Virus record (IMG/VR): IMGVR_UViG_3300032770_000023
Coordinates: 1-62,335 of that record
Strand: one strand, 5' to 3'
DNA: 62,335 bases
From: a virus
Taxonomy: Duplodnaviria; Caudoviricetes
Shown: piece after piece, positions 1 to 10,408 of the stretch
How the letters are laid out: the number at the start of each line of letters is the position of its first letter
Position numbering within the stretch: the stretch's first letter is position 1
The notes under the pieces: model-generated
What the model was told of the DNA's origin: nothing
The model's input: the letters and a program-made list of their open reading frames with translations, nothing else
Databases searched by the model: none
Translations under genes and position numbers: made by a program

Positions 1-3000
1 GAAACGTTGTCGCCATTGAAGACACAGAACTGATAACCCGCTGCCGGAACTGGAGGAGTCACCGTGCAAGTCGAAGTGCAAACATAAATCTGCGAAGGAG
101 CGGAAAGCGAGACCGATGTCCCCGTTGCGAAAGTCACCGCCTTGGAATCAACATAAGCAGTTGTTGCGACCTTAGTGGAGTTGTCGCCTGCCGATTGAGT
201 CGTCGCTGTAGCTGATCCCAAACAAGTCGCAGCCGTACAGGTAATACTTGTATTGGCAGTCAATGTTGTAAAGGTCGCTGCCGCTGGAGTAGTACCACCA
301 ATTACTCCCGGACTTGGCAGAGATGAAGTAGACCCGCCTAGGGATACTGAGGTTCCTGCAATCGTGATGGCAGAATTGGCTAAATCAGCATTTGGAATGG
401 AGTTGTAAGCATATCCAGTATCCGTCCAAGTGCATGTCGTGCTTGAAGTTGCACAATATCCCAGATGCCCTGTCGTAAATACGGTAGCGGGGAAAAGAAA
501 GGTATTCGTGGTGCTGGCCGCCGACCCCAAGACAGTGTGGGCATTCAGGGAACCGTTTGCTAACTGCAAAGTACCTGCAACGCTGTTATCAGTTCCGAGA
601 GAAGGAGTCGCACTCCATCCCGGATCAGCACCTGTGCTTCCAGCGAACAACTGACCCGTAGTTCCTACTGCTGTCGCTACAGCACGAGTGCTTGTTCCTT
701 CGCTGACTACTACTCCATGCGCCGTAGCTCCGACACCGAATCCGCCAGTTCCAACCTGTCGCAGAATTCCATTTGTATCCTGAAGAATTCCGTTCGATGT
801 TCCTTGAGCAAAAGAGGCGAATGGATTCGCTGTGCTTCCTGCTAGAGTGCTGATTCCTACTAGAACTGGCGTTCCAGTGGCCGTCGATGCAGCATTTTCC
901 CCGAACGTGAATGCTGTTTTAGAAGCAGTCGTCAGCGACCAGTTCCAAACTTGAGCGTTGTCCGCATTGTTGATTGAGTTTGCCCCAGTTGCAGCCGTGA
1001 TCTGATCGAGACGTGCTCCAGCGGAAGAAGATGCTGAGATCGTACAATCCGAACGACTTGCACCCGAATTATCTACGCAACTCACTGTTGCGTTTGAACC
1101 GCTGATGAAGTTAACCGACGGTCTCTGAGAAATCGACGAGCCATTACTCAAGATTGTCTGATACGCGGTGCCAAAGATCGCCGCACCGCCGCAATCGATA
1201 AGATTACCGTTGGAATCGAATTTCACGCAATCGCCTAGAGTGGTCGAGCCTGCACCAAATGTGGGAAATTTCGTCGTGTTTCCGGTGACAGTCCCATATG
1301 AGACATTCGAAACGTTACTGCTCGCAGTGCCTACCAACATCGGACCTGTAGCAGCAGGAGCAGTGGATGACGGCTGAAACCAATAACTCGTGAATGACGC
1401 ACTGAGAGGAGCGAGCCAACCGAAAGAATTCGACGGTGGAGACGTCGGATTCGTCGTGTTTCCTACGAGACTCAGCGCTCCTGCATGAACTCCGTCAGAT
1501 GTAGCCGCGAGAGGACCAGCCGAAGCTGTGATTCCACCTGTACCTGAATAAGTCGCCGTAGTTCCATCATCAGTCAGTGCGCTGTTGATGATTGAATTCG
1601 CTCCATTTGATTTCGGAACCGTATTCGTAGTGAGCGAAGTCGATGTCGTGTTCCCTGTTCCCGCAGCCGCCCAACTAGTTTGAACTTTTCCACCACTGGG
1701 CGCAGCAGCTTGAAGCACTTGACCAGCACTCGGATCGGTAGTAGGAAGCACAAAAGTAGAAGGTGTTCCGGCTGCGGTTGCCGCCGCGATAGTAGCTGAT
1801 CCACTCGTTGATCCAACAAACGTGAAGGCGTTGGCCGATACTCCGTTTCCCGTCAAGGCTACTGGAACGCCATTGGAATTCAGGCAATACATCGGCAACG
1901 TAGCATCGGTGATCGTTCGGCTGTTTTGGTCGTCGAGAACCGCGTTTGTAGAGCCGCCTGATTGCTGCTCGATTCCCATGAAGCACGATCCGGAAACCGT
2001 GTTTCCTGTATTGAGAATGTGGATTTGATTAGTATTTGGGCTTGTAGACGGTCCGCTGACTATCGTTGTCACTACCAAGCCCTTCGTGTTTACATCCATG
2101 CCAGTTTCAAGTTGATCGACTGGACCTTCACAGTGAAGTTCGCCTTTCCATTGAACCGCGTTGCCTTCTGAATAAAAGCAGGAGTTTGGTTGATTCGTTG
2201 ATGGACTGTAATTGAACGTCGCCGTAACTCCGCGAAATCCCCGGCCCCCAGATCCATTCCATACCGCAAACGTTGTCGGATTCACGTGAGACGTTGTCGC
2301 AAGAGTCTGTACATACAAATCATCGTAAGGACCGCTTTCGTTCGCGCTCTGCCCGATTTCAAAACATCCAAAGGCAGGATGACGGCAATATGAGGAGCGA
2401 ATCGCTGAGCGCTCTCCTTGATTCAGGTTTTGAATCGCCACCAGACCGTAGACCGTACTCAAATCCACGTTCACATCGTTCAGTTGTGTACCGAATGCCT
2501 GATTAGTTCCAATTCTGATAGGCTGGTAACCTGTTCCGGGAGCCTGTGCCCCGTAACCGAACACCGCAGTCGCAAGATAAAGCGTTGCAGCATTCGCGCA
2601 ATTCGTAAACGAAGTCGGCATGTCAATCGTGAACGAACTTGAACTGGGAACGCTGGCAATCGTGCGGACAACGTTGTTCGACGAACAACTCGGGCTCACC
2701 AGAGCCGCCAATTCATTTACGTAGATGTTTGTTCCTGAAGTCAATCCACTTGTAACTCCGGTGAGCGTGTTCGTTCCTTGTCCAGAGGTAGAGCTTACAG
2801 AAAAACTTCTCACCGGGAACGCCGTCGTGCATCCGCTAACGGGAGTATTCGTTCCAGTGCAAGGCGTGACGAAATGTCCAACCGTGGACGGATATTCAAT
2901 CTTGAAGCCCCACGGCACGATGACAGCCGGAGTTCCAACTCCAGAGGCGCCATCGGTGAAGTTCGTTGCTACGCCGTCGATGTACCAATTCAGCGCGGAA

Positions 3001-4019
3001 CTGAGCAATAATTTACCGTCAACTTCCGTCCCGATCTGCGCTCCCCCATAAAGCATGAGCGTAGTATTGCCATACGCATTGTTTTGTAAGCAGACTTGAT
3101 TTCCAGTGAATCCCTGCGCGTTGTACGTATGACCAGAACCGTTGGCAGCGATGGCCGCTTCGATGGCCGCGCACATATCGGTTCCGGTGTAGATGTTATT
3201 GGTTCCGTCCACTGTTACGGCGTTGGGATAAGACTGAAGCGCACCTCCGATAGCAAGCGTCCCACTTCCGGTGATCGGACCCCCAGTTAGTCCGTTCGAG
3301 CCATCGATGCTCGTCACTGTTCCAGTTCCAGCAGTTCCGCAAGTGCCGTCAGCCTGTAGAACTTTCGTGCCGCTGCACCCTGTGAAGAGGCCGATAATGT
3401 CGGCGCTCGCGGCATCGGAAAGCGCCCCTGTCGTAGTAGTATTTTTGACGATCCCGGTTCCGAGGGTAGCGAGGTTCACGTTCGACGTTCCGAGAGTCAT
3501 CGTTGCGGTATTAGAAACGCCAGTCCCGCCATTCGGAGAAGTAACAGGAGTGACGAGCGAGATCGTTCCTGTTCCACTGATCGGACCACCGGTCAGTCCC
3601 GTTCCGGTAGCAACGCTCGTGACTGTTCCAGAACCTCCGCCACCTCCCCCTTTGCTTCCGGCAGATTGAACTGCCGATTGCATCTTGACGTTCGCTGTGT
3701 TCGTGATTGTAGCTCCCGTCAAGCAGAACAGAGACGAACCGCTGACGAATGCCTGATAAGTCCCGTTCGCGGTGATCGTTGCTTGCGGAGTTGTCGAACT
3801 GTAAGGAGTGACGGCAGTGTTCTGAGCCGGATCGCCGCCAATCGAGAGCGTAGGCTGAATCGTTCCAGACCACGAACCAGTGACGGAGATACCGACTGTT
3901 CCTTGACCAACGGTGCTGATACATGCTGACTGAGTCCCAGTGATCCCCTTCGCGACTGGCACTTGAGCAGCACAGACTCCGCCGAGCAGCAATATAACTG
4001 CTACCGCATTTTTCTTCAT
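1..4019 (-). CDS. Large tail fibre/adhesin-like protein, 5' part; continues across the genome junction to 62149 (~1401 aa total)
   Basis: Not in the ORF track. Manual reading from ATG 4019 gives MKKNAVAVILLLGGVCAAQ..., Gly/Ser/Thr-rich, with GTVTSVATGTGLTGGPI repeats and a TTQSAGDNSTKVATTAYVD fibre motif; open to position 1. Confidence 0.8.
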   Translation of the reverse strand, partial: MKKNAVAVILLLGGVCAAQVPVAKGITGTQSACISTVGQGTVGISVTGSWSGTIQPTLSIGGDPAQNTAVTPYSSTTPQATITANGTYQAFVSGSSLFCLTGATITNTANVKMQSAVQSAGSKGGGGGGSGTVTSVATGTGLTGGPISGTGTISLVTPVTSPNGGTGVSNTATMTLGTSNVNLATLGTGIVKNTTTTGALSDAASADIIGLFTGCSGTKVLQADGTCGTAGTGTVTSIDGSNGLTGGPITGSGTLAIGGALQSYPNAVTVDGTNNIYTGTDMCAAIEAAIAANGSGHTYNAQGFTGNQVCLQNNAYGNTTLMLYGGAQIGTEVDGKLLLSSALNWYIDGVATNFTDGASGVGTPAVIVPWGFKIEYPSTVGHFVTPCTGTNTPVSGCTTAFPVRSFSVSSTSGQGTNTLTGVTSGLTSGTNIYVNELAALVSPSCSSNNVVRTIASVPSSSSFTIDMPTSFTNCANAATLYLATAVFGYGAQAPGTGYQPIRIGTNQAFGTQLNDVNVDLSTVYGLVAIQNLNQGERSAIRSSYCRHPAFGCFEIGQSANESGPYDDLYVQTLATTSHVNPTTFAVWNGSGGRGFRGVTATFNYSPSTNQPNSCFYSEGNAVQWKGELHCEGPVDQLETGMDVNTKGLVVTTIVSGPSTSPNTNQIHILNTGNTVSGSCFMGIEQQSGGSTNAVLDDQNSRTITDATLPMYCLNSNGVPVALTGNGVSANAFTFVGSTSGSATIAAATAAGTPSTFVLPTTDPSAGQVLQAAAPSGGKVQTSWAAAGTGNTTSTSLTTNTVPKSNGANSIINSALTDDGTTATYSGTGGITASAGPLAATSDGVHAGALSLVGNTTNPTSPPSNSFGWLAPLSASFTSYWFQPSSTAPAATGPMLVGTASSNVSNVSYGTVTGNTTKFPTFGAGSTTLGDCVKFDSNGNLIDCGGAAIFGTAYQTILSNGSSISQRPSVNFISGSNATVSCVDNSGASRSDCTISASSSAGARLDQITAATGANSINNADNAQVWNWSLTTASKTAFTFGENAASTATGTPVLVGISTLAGSTANPFASFAQGTSNGILQDTNGILRQVGTGGFGVGATAHGVVVSEGTSTRAVATAVGTTGQLFAGSTGADPGWSATPSLGTDNSVAGTLQLANGSLNAHTVLGSAASTTNTFLFPATVFTTGHLGYCATSSTTCTWTDTGYAYNSIPNADLANSAITIAGTSVSLGGSTSSLPSPGVIGGTTPAAATFTTLTANTSITCTAATCLGSATATTQSAGDNSTKVATTAYVDSKAVTFATGTSVSLSAPSQIYVCTSTCTVTPPVPAAGYQFCVFNGDNV

Positions 4020-4036
4020 GTGTTCTCCTAGAAACT

Positions 4037-5377
4037 TCAATAGCATCTCCAAGCACCGTTCTGTCGCATAGCCATCGCTCCATGACCAGATCCGGCGCAG
4101 CTTTGGCCAGCAACATGTGCATCATCTGCTGTGTTAGTGCAATCTGAACAAAATAGGTATGAACCATTAGTAGCACTGCTGCTGAGAGCACTGAAAATCG
4201 CGGAAGGTGGGATAATTCCGACTCCCGTTCCGGTAGTCGAGAGAGTTTCTTCGCCTTTTTGATTCAGTGTTTGACTGTAAGTGAAGATTGTTGAACCGTT
4301 GCTCGATCCCTGCTGGATACTTTGAGAGTTGCAGGCTCCTGTATAGCAGGCTGCGTCGAGCATCAGGCCAATGGGAGCGGTACCGCGAGCACTCCATATT
4401 CCTACCGGAAATTGAGGATTGGTGCCTGTAGTCCCAGAGAAGGCGATCCCGATGTACGATCCGCTGTTGCTAGCGACGTTCAGCGTTCCCATCACGGGAC
4501 CGGCTGGGGGCGTAAAGGTCGAGGGCCATGGTGAACCAGTTATAAATAGTCCCTGAAATCGAGTAGGGGATGTGTTCGTTCCAGCTCCCATATCGATCTC
4601 GTTTCCGACGCACAATGTTCCCGTAGTGCTGTTCGCTACTGAGCATCCAGAATTCGTTCCCCATGCCGCACTGTTACTTACGAGCGCCTCCCCCACAAAA
4701 AATCCGCCTACTGCATTCGCTGTAGTACCCAACGGACTAGATGTAGCATCGGTAAACCCAAAACCAGCTACTCCATTTCCCTGATGCACGGTAGCTCCGA
4801 CTGGAAGCGTCGTGATTCCAGTGAACGCATCTGTCTCGTAGGGAAATCCAAAAGAGCCGAATACTGTAGATGATCCGATTGACCCAACTTGACTGTAGTT
4901 ATAAAGATTTGGCTGAGTGTTCGTGAAGACTCCAGAATTAACTAAATTCGAAACATTGTTTGGCTGAGTAACACCGAGCGTAATCGTGTACGGACCAAAG
5001 CAATTCGTGCTGCCAACGCATACCGTATAGTCGTATGTTCCCGGTTTTACCCAGAATCCAATGTTACCCAGAGCGTCGCCTGTTGATTGACAAGACGACG
5101 GCTGAGGATCAGGAGTATCTTGAGCACCGTTCGAGCACGCAACTCCTAGAGATGTATACGTCGTTGCATAATTCGTGCAGGGCAATTGATTTGCCGGACT
5201 GTTACACACGGCCAACACGGGAGAATTCGGCGGAGTGTTTGCGATTAAATATGGAACACTGCTTCCTGAAGAAATGCTAGGAATCGAAGTCGAATAACGA
5301 ACATATTGAGCCTGAGCAGCGCATATTCCACTGAGTAGAAATACTGCGAGCAGTTTCAGTTTTATGTTCATCTTCAT
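4037..5377 (-). CDS. Putative tail fibre/virion accessory protein with signal peptide
   Basis: Track ORF 4037..5389; N-terminus KLKLLAVFLLSGICAAQAQ; Cys/Gly/Ser/Thr-rich; lies in the tail module. Confidence 0.65.
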   Translation of the reverse strand: MKMNIKLKLLAVFLLSGICAAQAQYVRYSTSIPSISSGSSVPYLIANTPPNSPVLAVCNSPANQLPCTNYATTYTSLGVACSNGAQDTPDPQPSSCQSTGDALGNIGFWVKPGTYDYTVCVGSTNCFGPYTITLGVTQPNNVSNLVNSGVFTNTQPNLYNYSQVGSIGSSTVFGSFGFPYETDAFTGITTLPVGATVHQGNGVAGFGFTDATSSPLGTTANAVGGFFVGEALVSNSAAWGTNSGCSVANSTTGTLCVGNEIDMGAGTNTSPTRFQGLFITGSPWPSTFTPPAGPVMGTLNVASNSGSYIGIAFSGTTGTNPQFPVGIWSARGTAPIGLMLDAACYTGACNSQSIQQGSSNGSTIFTYSQTLNQKGEETLSTTGTGVGIIPPSAIFSALSSSATNGSYLFCSDCTNTADDAHVAGQSCAGSGHGAMAMRQNGAWRCY

Positions 5378-5416
5378 ATTGATTTTCAATTCTGACCGAC
5401 GCAGATGACTGAATGA

Positions 5417-6784
5417 CTAATCATGTACTCCTATGCAATTAAGAGTTCCGGTCGCAGCTACAGCAGTGAGATTCGCTATCGTGACTGTCGTCTGAGTAGT
5501 CGTCTTGTTCGTAGTGAACAAAACGTAAGGAACGCCCGTAACGGCTCCTGTTTCACCGGAAATCGTACAGGTCACCGTATAGCTCGTATCATCAAATGTC
5601 GCGCCCCATGTGATCGGAGTCGTGCATGTAGAACCAGCAGATGATCCCGTTGTGCAAGCCGAAGTTCGCTGATGCTGAAAACCGTTTCCGTGATTCACCC
5701 CATGAGCGATCAGGACATCACCAGCCGACGCTCCTCCGCTTCCATTGCCGGGAAGTAACTGGATATTTCCTCCGCTGTGTATACCGGATGCAGAATCGGA
5801 AGCTTGAATCACTATCGGCTGTCCAGCGCCAGAAGTAGATTGACTCTTTATGTTGAATTGCACTCCTGCCGGAGACGCTATCGTGTGATCGGTTGAGGAC
5901 ACAAGCAGAGACCCCAACTGCAAAAAGTCCGTTCCGCTTACAGAGGATGTTCCTCCTACGCAAATATCTGCGGTGTTTCCAGCGTTACGCCAGCACTCTT
6001 GATCTCCAGTCGCCAAACGCTCGAATCCTGTAGCAGAAATATTTGACGAAGTGCTTTGAATAGTTCCTACATTCAGGATCGATGTCGTTATCGGCCCGAA
6101 AGTTCCGGGAATGAATGTGCCGGATGATGTCACTCCGGGTCCGATTGCTGTGGCGCTCGTTCCGTCCCAAATGAACTCCTGAGTAGTAGACGTACTCGCA
6201 CTCGATGAAATCGTTATTCCGCCGACAACATTAGAAGGCCAAGCGAATGTATGACCGCCACTTCCATCTTGCGTCAATTGGAAGATGATGTGAGCAGGAG
6301 GCTGTACGCCTACAGCAGTCATAGGAATCGCTGTAGCGTTTCCCGTCAGAGTCATCTTGAACAATTCATTCTCTGCCGTGATCGGAAAGTTCGGTGTCGA
6401 AGAGAACGTCACTGGCGTCACGAGTTGAGACGTTCCGCCCGATATTCCCCTGACTGTGTAGATCGTCGATCCGCTCGCGCAATTCGTCCCGCCTGAAGTC
6501 TTGACGACGTAAGAATAAGCAAGCCCAGTTTGAATCCAGATGTTCGCTGTACCAGCAGCCGAAAGCACGACAGGATTCTGATTTTTGGTTAGACCTGTCG
6601 AGTCAGTGAACGTATCTAGATTATTTGTTGTGCCAGATATATACGTAAAAACGCATCCGAAACCATTCGGCGATCCGTTCTGAGTGACAGAGTAAAAGAC
6701 AGGAGCAGGAGAAAGGATCACGCTCGTCTGAGCACTCATAAAAGCAGCGGAAAGTAGTAGAATTATGAGCGTGAAACTCTTCAT
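5417..6784 (-). CDS. Tail fibre/tailspike protein with podovirus-type N-terminal virion-attachment domain, preceded by a signal peptide
   Basis: Likely start MKSFTLIILLLSAAFMSAQ at 6784; VFTYISGTTNNLDTFTDSTG...NPVVLSAAG resembles the head/tail-binding domain of podovirus fibres. Confidence 0.7.
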   Translation of the reverse strand: MKSFTLIILLLSAAFMSAQTSVILSPAPVFYSVTQNGSPNGFGCVFTYISGTTNNLDTFTDSTGLTKNQNPVVLSAAGTANIWIQTGLAYSYVVKTSGGTNCASGSTIYTVRGISGGTSQLVTPVTFSSTPNFPITAENELFKMTLTGNATAIPMTAVGVQPPAHIIFQLTQDGSGGHTFAWPSNVVGGITISSSASTSTTQEFIWDGTSATAIGPGVTSSGTFIPGTFGPITTSILNVGTIQSTSSNISATGFERLATGDQECWRNAGNTADICVGGTSSVSGTDFLQLGSLLVSSTDHTIASPAGVQFNIKSQSTSGAGQPIVIQASDSASGIHSGGNIQLLPGNGSGGASAGDVLIAHGVNHGNGFQHQRTSACTTGSSAGSTCTTPITWGATFDDTSYTVTCTISGETGAVTGVPYVLFTTNKTTTQTTVTIANLTAVAATGTLNCIGVHD

Positions 6785-6873
6785 GATTACCGTCTTCTGG
6801 ATGAGCTTGTATGCTTGCTGGAGATGGCACGCTAACGTGATCGAGTTGATCGGTTTATTTCTTCCTCTAGTCG

Positions 6874-8856
6874 TCACTGTTGCCTTTCTCCGATTAAAGC
6901 GGATGTGGGAATCGCTGAAAGCGAGTTCACGCCCATATTCTTTAAGTCAAGGACGTGAATTGGCGAAGTCGGTTTATTTCCGACGAACACGCTAGGATTT
7001 CTTGGCATCGATGCTCGCGCAGCAGTTTCTCCTCTGACCCAATTCCAAGGCTTCCATCCGAGTTCATCGCGTGCGATGTTTATTCGACCAGTACCGCTGG
7101 GATTGACTTCGACTCCGAGACGACGGGCTAATTCGCTTTTCGTATAGAGTTCCTGAGTCGCATTAGGTCCGAACAATTCATTCAAAAACGAGTGATCGTA
7201 TCCAGCGAGAGTATTCCCCCTGATTCCGAAGCCCTTTGAAGCGATGTCTTGAACAACCTGATTTTTCAGTGGTCCTAAATCGATGCCTTCGTTTTTCAGC
7301 GCCTGAATATCTTCAACGTGCTTTCGTCCGATGATGTTGTCAAGAGCGGTTTGAGAGTCGTTCGCACTCAAAATGCGGTTCAGCGGAGTTCCTTGCGTGT
7401 TGTATTTCTGCTGGATAGCTTTCCACTTAGCTGAAGCATCTCTGAACGATTGCTCGAACGGCGTTCCTTTCGCAGCGTCCATCATCATGTCGTCTACTTT
7501 CGATGTAGCCTGAGAGTAGAGACGACGAGCCGAATCTGGAATCTGACCTGTATAATCTTGCGACTTCTCCCAAAACTCTGTCCGGAGATTCCTCATCGAC
7601 TGAATCGAAGGATTCTTGCCGAGACGATCAGGAGCATCAGCAATGTCGTCCATCGCTTTCGCTACAGCGGGAGTCTGATATTCGGGACGCGCTACTGCCG
7701 CTCCCGGCTGTTTCACGTTGCGCAATCCATCGATCCAAGTCTTCAAGTCTCCCGTGTTTTTCACAGCAAGATTCTGCTGATCCTTTGCGGCCTGAGCATA
7801 AGCAGCGTCAGCGTCGTTCTTCGCCGCTTGCATTGCCATCTTCGTGCTCTCTTGAAGATGAGAACCAGCCATCTGTTTCGTTCCGCCTAGTTGAAAAGGA
7901 TCGGCCCTCTTCGCGAAGTTCTCAACACTCTGCTCGAATCTGAACTTCGCATCCTGCAAAGCATCTTGTAATTGCCGTCCTGCTGGAAGCGTAGTTTTCT
8001 CTCCGACTCCTTGAATCGTTTGCGCCCAAGGTTCTTTCGTAGTCTGAGCGGGCGTCAAATCGATTCCTTCGGCAATCGCTTCATTGATCACGTCTTGATT
8101 CGAAACCCTGAGAGCAGGAATGCGACTCGCAGATGCGGGGAGTTGTGCGGCTTCTGCCGGAGTCTGCATCGCCCCACTCAAGCGCCTCAATCGATTGTGA
8201 CTGTATTGCAACATCTCTTGAACCGGAGTATTCCCTTCGAGCACGTTCTTGCCCATCGCTGCTCCACCAGCGATCTCGCTTCCGGATAGAAGCGCTTTTT
8301 GAACGTCATCTGGATTGCCTTTGACTGCTCCCGGCGCAGCAGTAGCGGCTCCATAGACTCCGTGAGCTAACATCGCGGGAGCAACTATCTCAGGAGCAAC
8401 AGCAGCCGCGATTCCCGTTCCTATCCCTTCTGGGGAAACCGCGCCTGAAACTAAATTCGCGGTATCTTTTCCCGCTCCTAACGCAGCATACTTTGCTTCT
8501 TCTCCGAGAGTCAGTGGGCGGGCTCCCTTGTTTGCTTCAGCCTGAATCTCTTGCTGACGCGCTCCTGCTTCCTTCCCCATCTGCTCGAAAGGAATCTGCA
8601 ATGCTCTGAAAGGATTCGCCTTGATTTGTTCTGATACGTCGCTCGGATTGATGAGACCAGCCTTGTCGCTGTCCGACAATTTGAACGAAAGAACTTTTTG
8701 CTGCTCGTCTTTCGGAAGTTTCGCGAAGTCCTTGATCGGATGCCCATCAGGAAGTGCAGCAAGAACCTTCGTCTGCTCGTCCGGAGGGAGAGCAGTGAAG
8801 TCTTGCAACATCTGCTGCGGATCGCTACTGGTTTGTTGTTGAGGGCCGTCCGCCAT
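6874..8856 (-). CDS. Putative DNA ejection/internal virion protein
   Basis: 660 aa, Ala/Gln-rich and helical with a hydrophobic Gly/Ala segment; third of three genes at the position of P22 ejection genes. Confidence 0.55.
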   Translation of the reverse strand: MADGPQQQTSSDPQQMLQDFTALPPDEQTKVLAALPDGHPIKDFAKLPKDEQQKVLSFKLSDSDKAGLINPSDVSEQIKANPFRALQIPFEQMGKEAGARQQEIQAEANKGARPLTLGEEAKYAALGAGKDTANLVSGAVSPEGIGTGIAAAVAPEIVAPAMLAHGVYGAATAAPGAVKGNPDDVQKALLSGSEIAGGAAMGKNVLEGNTPVQEMLQYSHNRLRRLSGAMQTPAEAAQLPASASRIPALRVSNQDVINEAIAEGIDLTPAQTTKEPWAQTIQGVGEKTTLPAGRQLQDALQDAKFRFEQSVENFAKRADPFQLGGTKQMAGSHLQESTKMAMQAAKNDADAAYAQAAKDQQNLAVKNTGDLKTWIDGLRNVKQPGAAVARPEYQTPAVAKAMDDIADAPDRLGKNPSIQSMRNLRTEFWEKSQDYTGQIPDSARRLYSQATSKVDDMMMDAAKGTPFEQSFRDASAKWKAIQQKYNTQGTPLNRILSANDSQTALDNIIGRKHVEDIQALKNEGIDLGPLKNQVVQDIASKGFGIRGNTLAGYDHSFLNELFGPNATQELYTKSELARRLGVEVNPSGTGRINIARDELGWKPWNWVRGETAARASMPRNPSVFVGNKPTSPIHVLDLKNMGVNSLSAIPTSALIGERQQ

Positions 8857-10405
8857 GTTTGTTGAACCACTGTTCTGCGGTGGTAGGAGAACCTTGCGAC
8901 GAAGTTTTCTTTGTCTCTGTCGGTTCGTCGCCGTACATATTCCTAAGTATCGAGTTGTTTCCGATACGCGAGTTTTTCTGGGAATTTACCGCGCCCCGGA
9001 TTCCTTCGAGAGATGCCGCTTTTTGTTCCGGACTTTGTTGAGCGCCAATCAGATGTAAAGCCTGGCTACGCGACGTGTCGCTTCCCTGACCACCACCCAT
9101 TACCTTCGAGTAATCATCAGCGACTCCTAGAGCAAGCGCTGCATACTTCGCGATGGGTCCGCTTCCAGTAGATGCCTTGATCCAATCGTCTACAGTATTG
9201 AAGACTGGCAACTTGTGTTCTGGAATATCCTTCGCCGCGTCTTTCAATTGATCGAGCGTTCCTCCCTTATCAGTAAGAGACTTCGCTGATCCAAAGAATG
9301 CGAGATTATTTGGAGATTTCGCAACATTGTAATCGGCATCTGCCTTTGTAGCGTTCCAATTAGGATCAAGTTCTCGCGCAGCGGTGAACGCTTGCTGAGC
9401 GAACGCAGGCTTGCGCGAAGAGACTAATTGAGAAGGGGCAACTGCTCCTGAAACGAGCAACTGAGCGGCAGCCTTAGGATCGCCGTCAGCGATTGCCTGC
9501 TCCGCCGCTTTCTCTGCTTTCGCGAGAGCAAGTTTTGAGGCTTGTACGGCAGGATTCGTCTCCGTTGCAATCGTCTTCTTCTCTTCAAGTTGCGATTTAT
9601 ACGCATCCGTAAGAATCTGTTTCGCGCCTTGAACGTCTCCGCGCTGCAATGCCCCGAGTGCCTGAGACTTTACGAGTCGATTCTGGCCGCCAGTCTGAGC
9701 ATCTCCGTTTGGATCGTAAATCGAATCGACTTGTTGAGAGATGTAATCTGGGGTTATACCCTCAAGCCCTTTTGCTTCAATTTCCTTAATCTTGGCGTTT
9801 GCGTTCGCCTCTCTCCCCTTCGCTGTTGCTTCAGTCGTTTCAGCTTCAGTCTTTTTCTGCGCCATCACAGCAGCAGCACCTTGCTTCAATTTCGCTACAG
9901 AGTCGATTCCAGAACGCAATCCAGCAGCATTCGGAGCGCGTTGAATTTCTAGCAAGTATTGATTCGCTTCGTTGTCGTCGATCAGATGAGCATTTCTCGC
10001 GCTCAATACAGTGTTCATCGCGTGCGAAGCCAATTGCTCATCCGGTACGTTCTCAACGCCTTGAAGTAGATCGCCGAACGATTTCGCGTTCTTGACGTAG
10101 TTGTCTCGCTGTTCTTGAGTCAGTTGCTCGCGCTGTTTCTGAACATCTATTGCATGCTGTTGAATCTGAAGAGCCGCATTTCCTGATCCACCGTTCGCAA
10201 GCGTAGATTTCACGAGAGAGCCGTAGTCGCCACTCGAAGGGTCCCAATCCTTCATCGCAGCCGTCAGAGCTTGCTGATCCTTCAACTGCTGCGTCTGAAT
10301 CTGTTGTTGCTGAAGTGCGCCTTTCAACTGAACGGCGCGTCCGTACTCTTCGAGCGGATTGTTCGTGATGGGCTGAACTGAGAGCGCTACTGGAGGAGCT
10401 GCCAT
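8825..10405 (-). CDS. Putative DNA ejection/internal virion protein
   Basis: 526 aa Ala/Gln-rich coiled-coil composition; synteny. Confidence 0.55.
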   Translation of the reverse strand: MAAPPVALSVQPITNNPLEEYGRAVQLKGALQQQQIQTQQLKDQQALTAAMKDWDPSSGDYGSLVKSTLANGGSGNAALQIQQHAIDVQKQREQLTQEQRDNYVKNAKSFGDLLQGVENVPDEQLASHAMNTVLSARNAHLIDDNEANQYLLEIQRAPNAAGLRSGIDSVAKLKQGAAAVMAQKKTEAETTEATAKGREANANAKIKEIEAKGLEGITPDYISQQVDSIYDPNGDAQTGGQNRLVKSQALGALQRGDVQGAKQILTDAYKSQLEEKKTIATETNPAVQASKLALAKAEKAAEQAIADGDPKAAAQLLVSGAVAPSQLVSSRKPAFAQQAFTAARELDPNWNATKADADYNVAKSPNNLAFFGSAKSLTDKGGTLDQLKDAAKDIPEHKLPVFNTVDDWIKASTGSGPIAKYAALALGVADDYSKVMGGGQGSDTSRSQALHLIGAQQSPEQKAASLEGIRGAVNSQKNSRIGNNSILRNMYGDEPTETKKTSSQGSPTTAEQWFNKHGGRPSTTNQ

Positions 10406-10408
10406 AGA

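Noticed and set aside
430-4191. Numerous short track ORFs in the first 4 kb
   Set aside because: All overlap the single long minus-strand fibre ORF that crosses the junction.
1-6784. Diversity-generating retroelement acting on the tail fibres
   Set aside because: No reverse transcriptase and no template/variable repeat pair seen.
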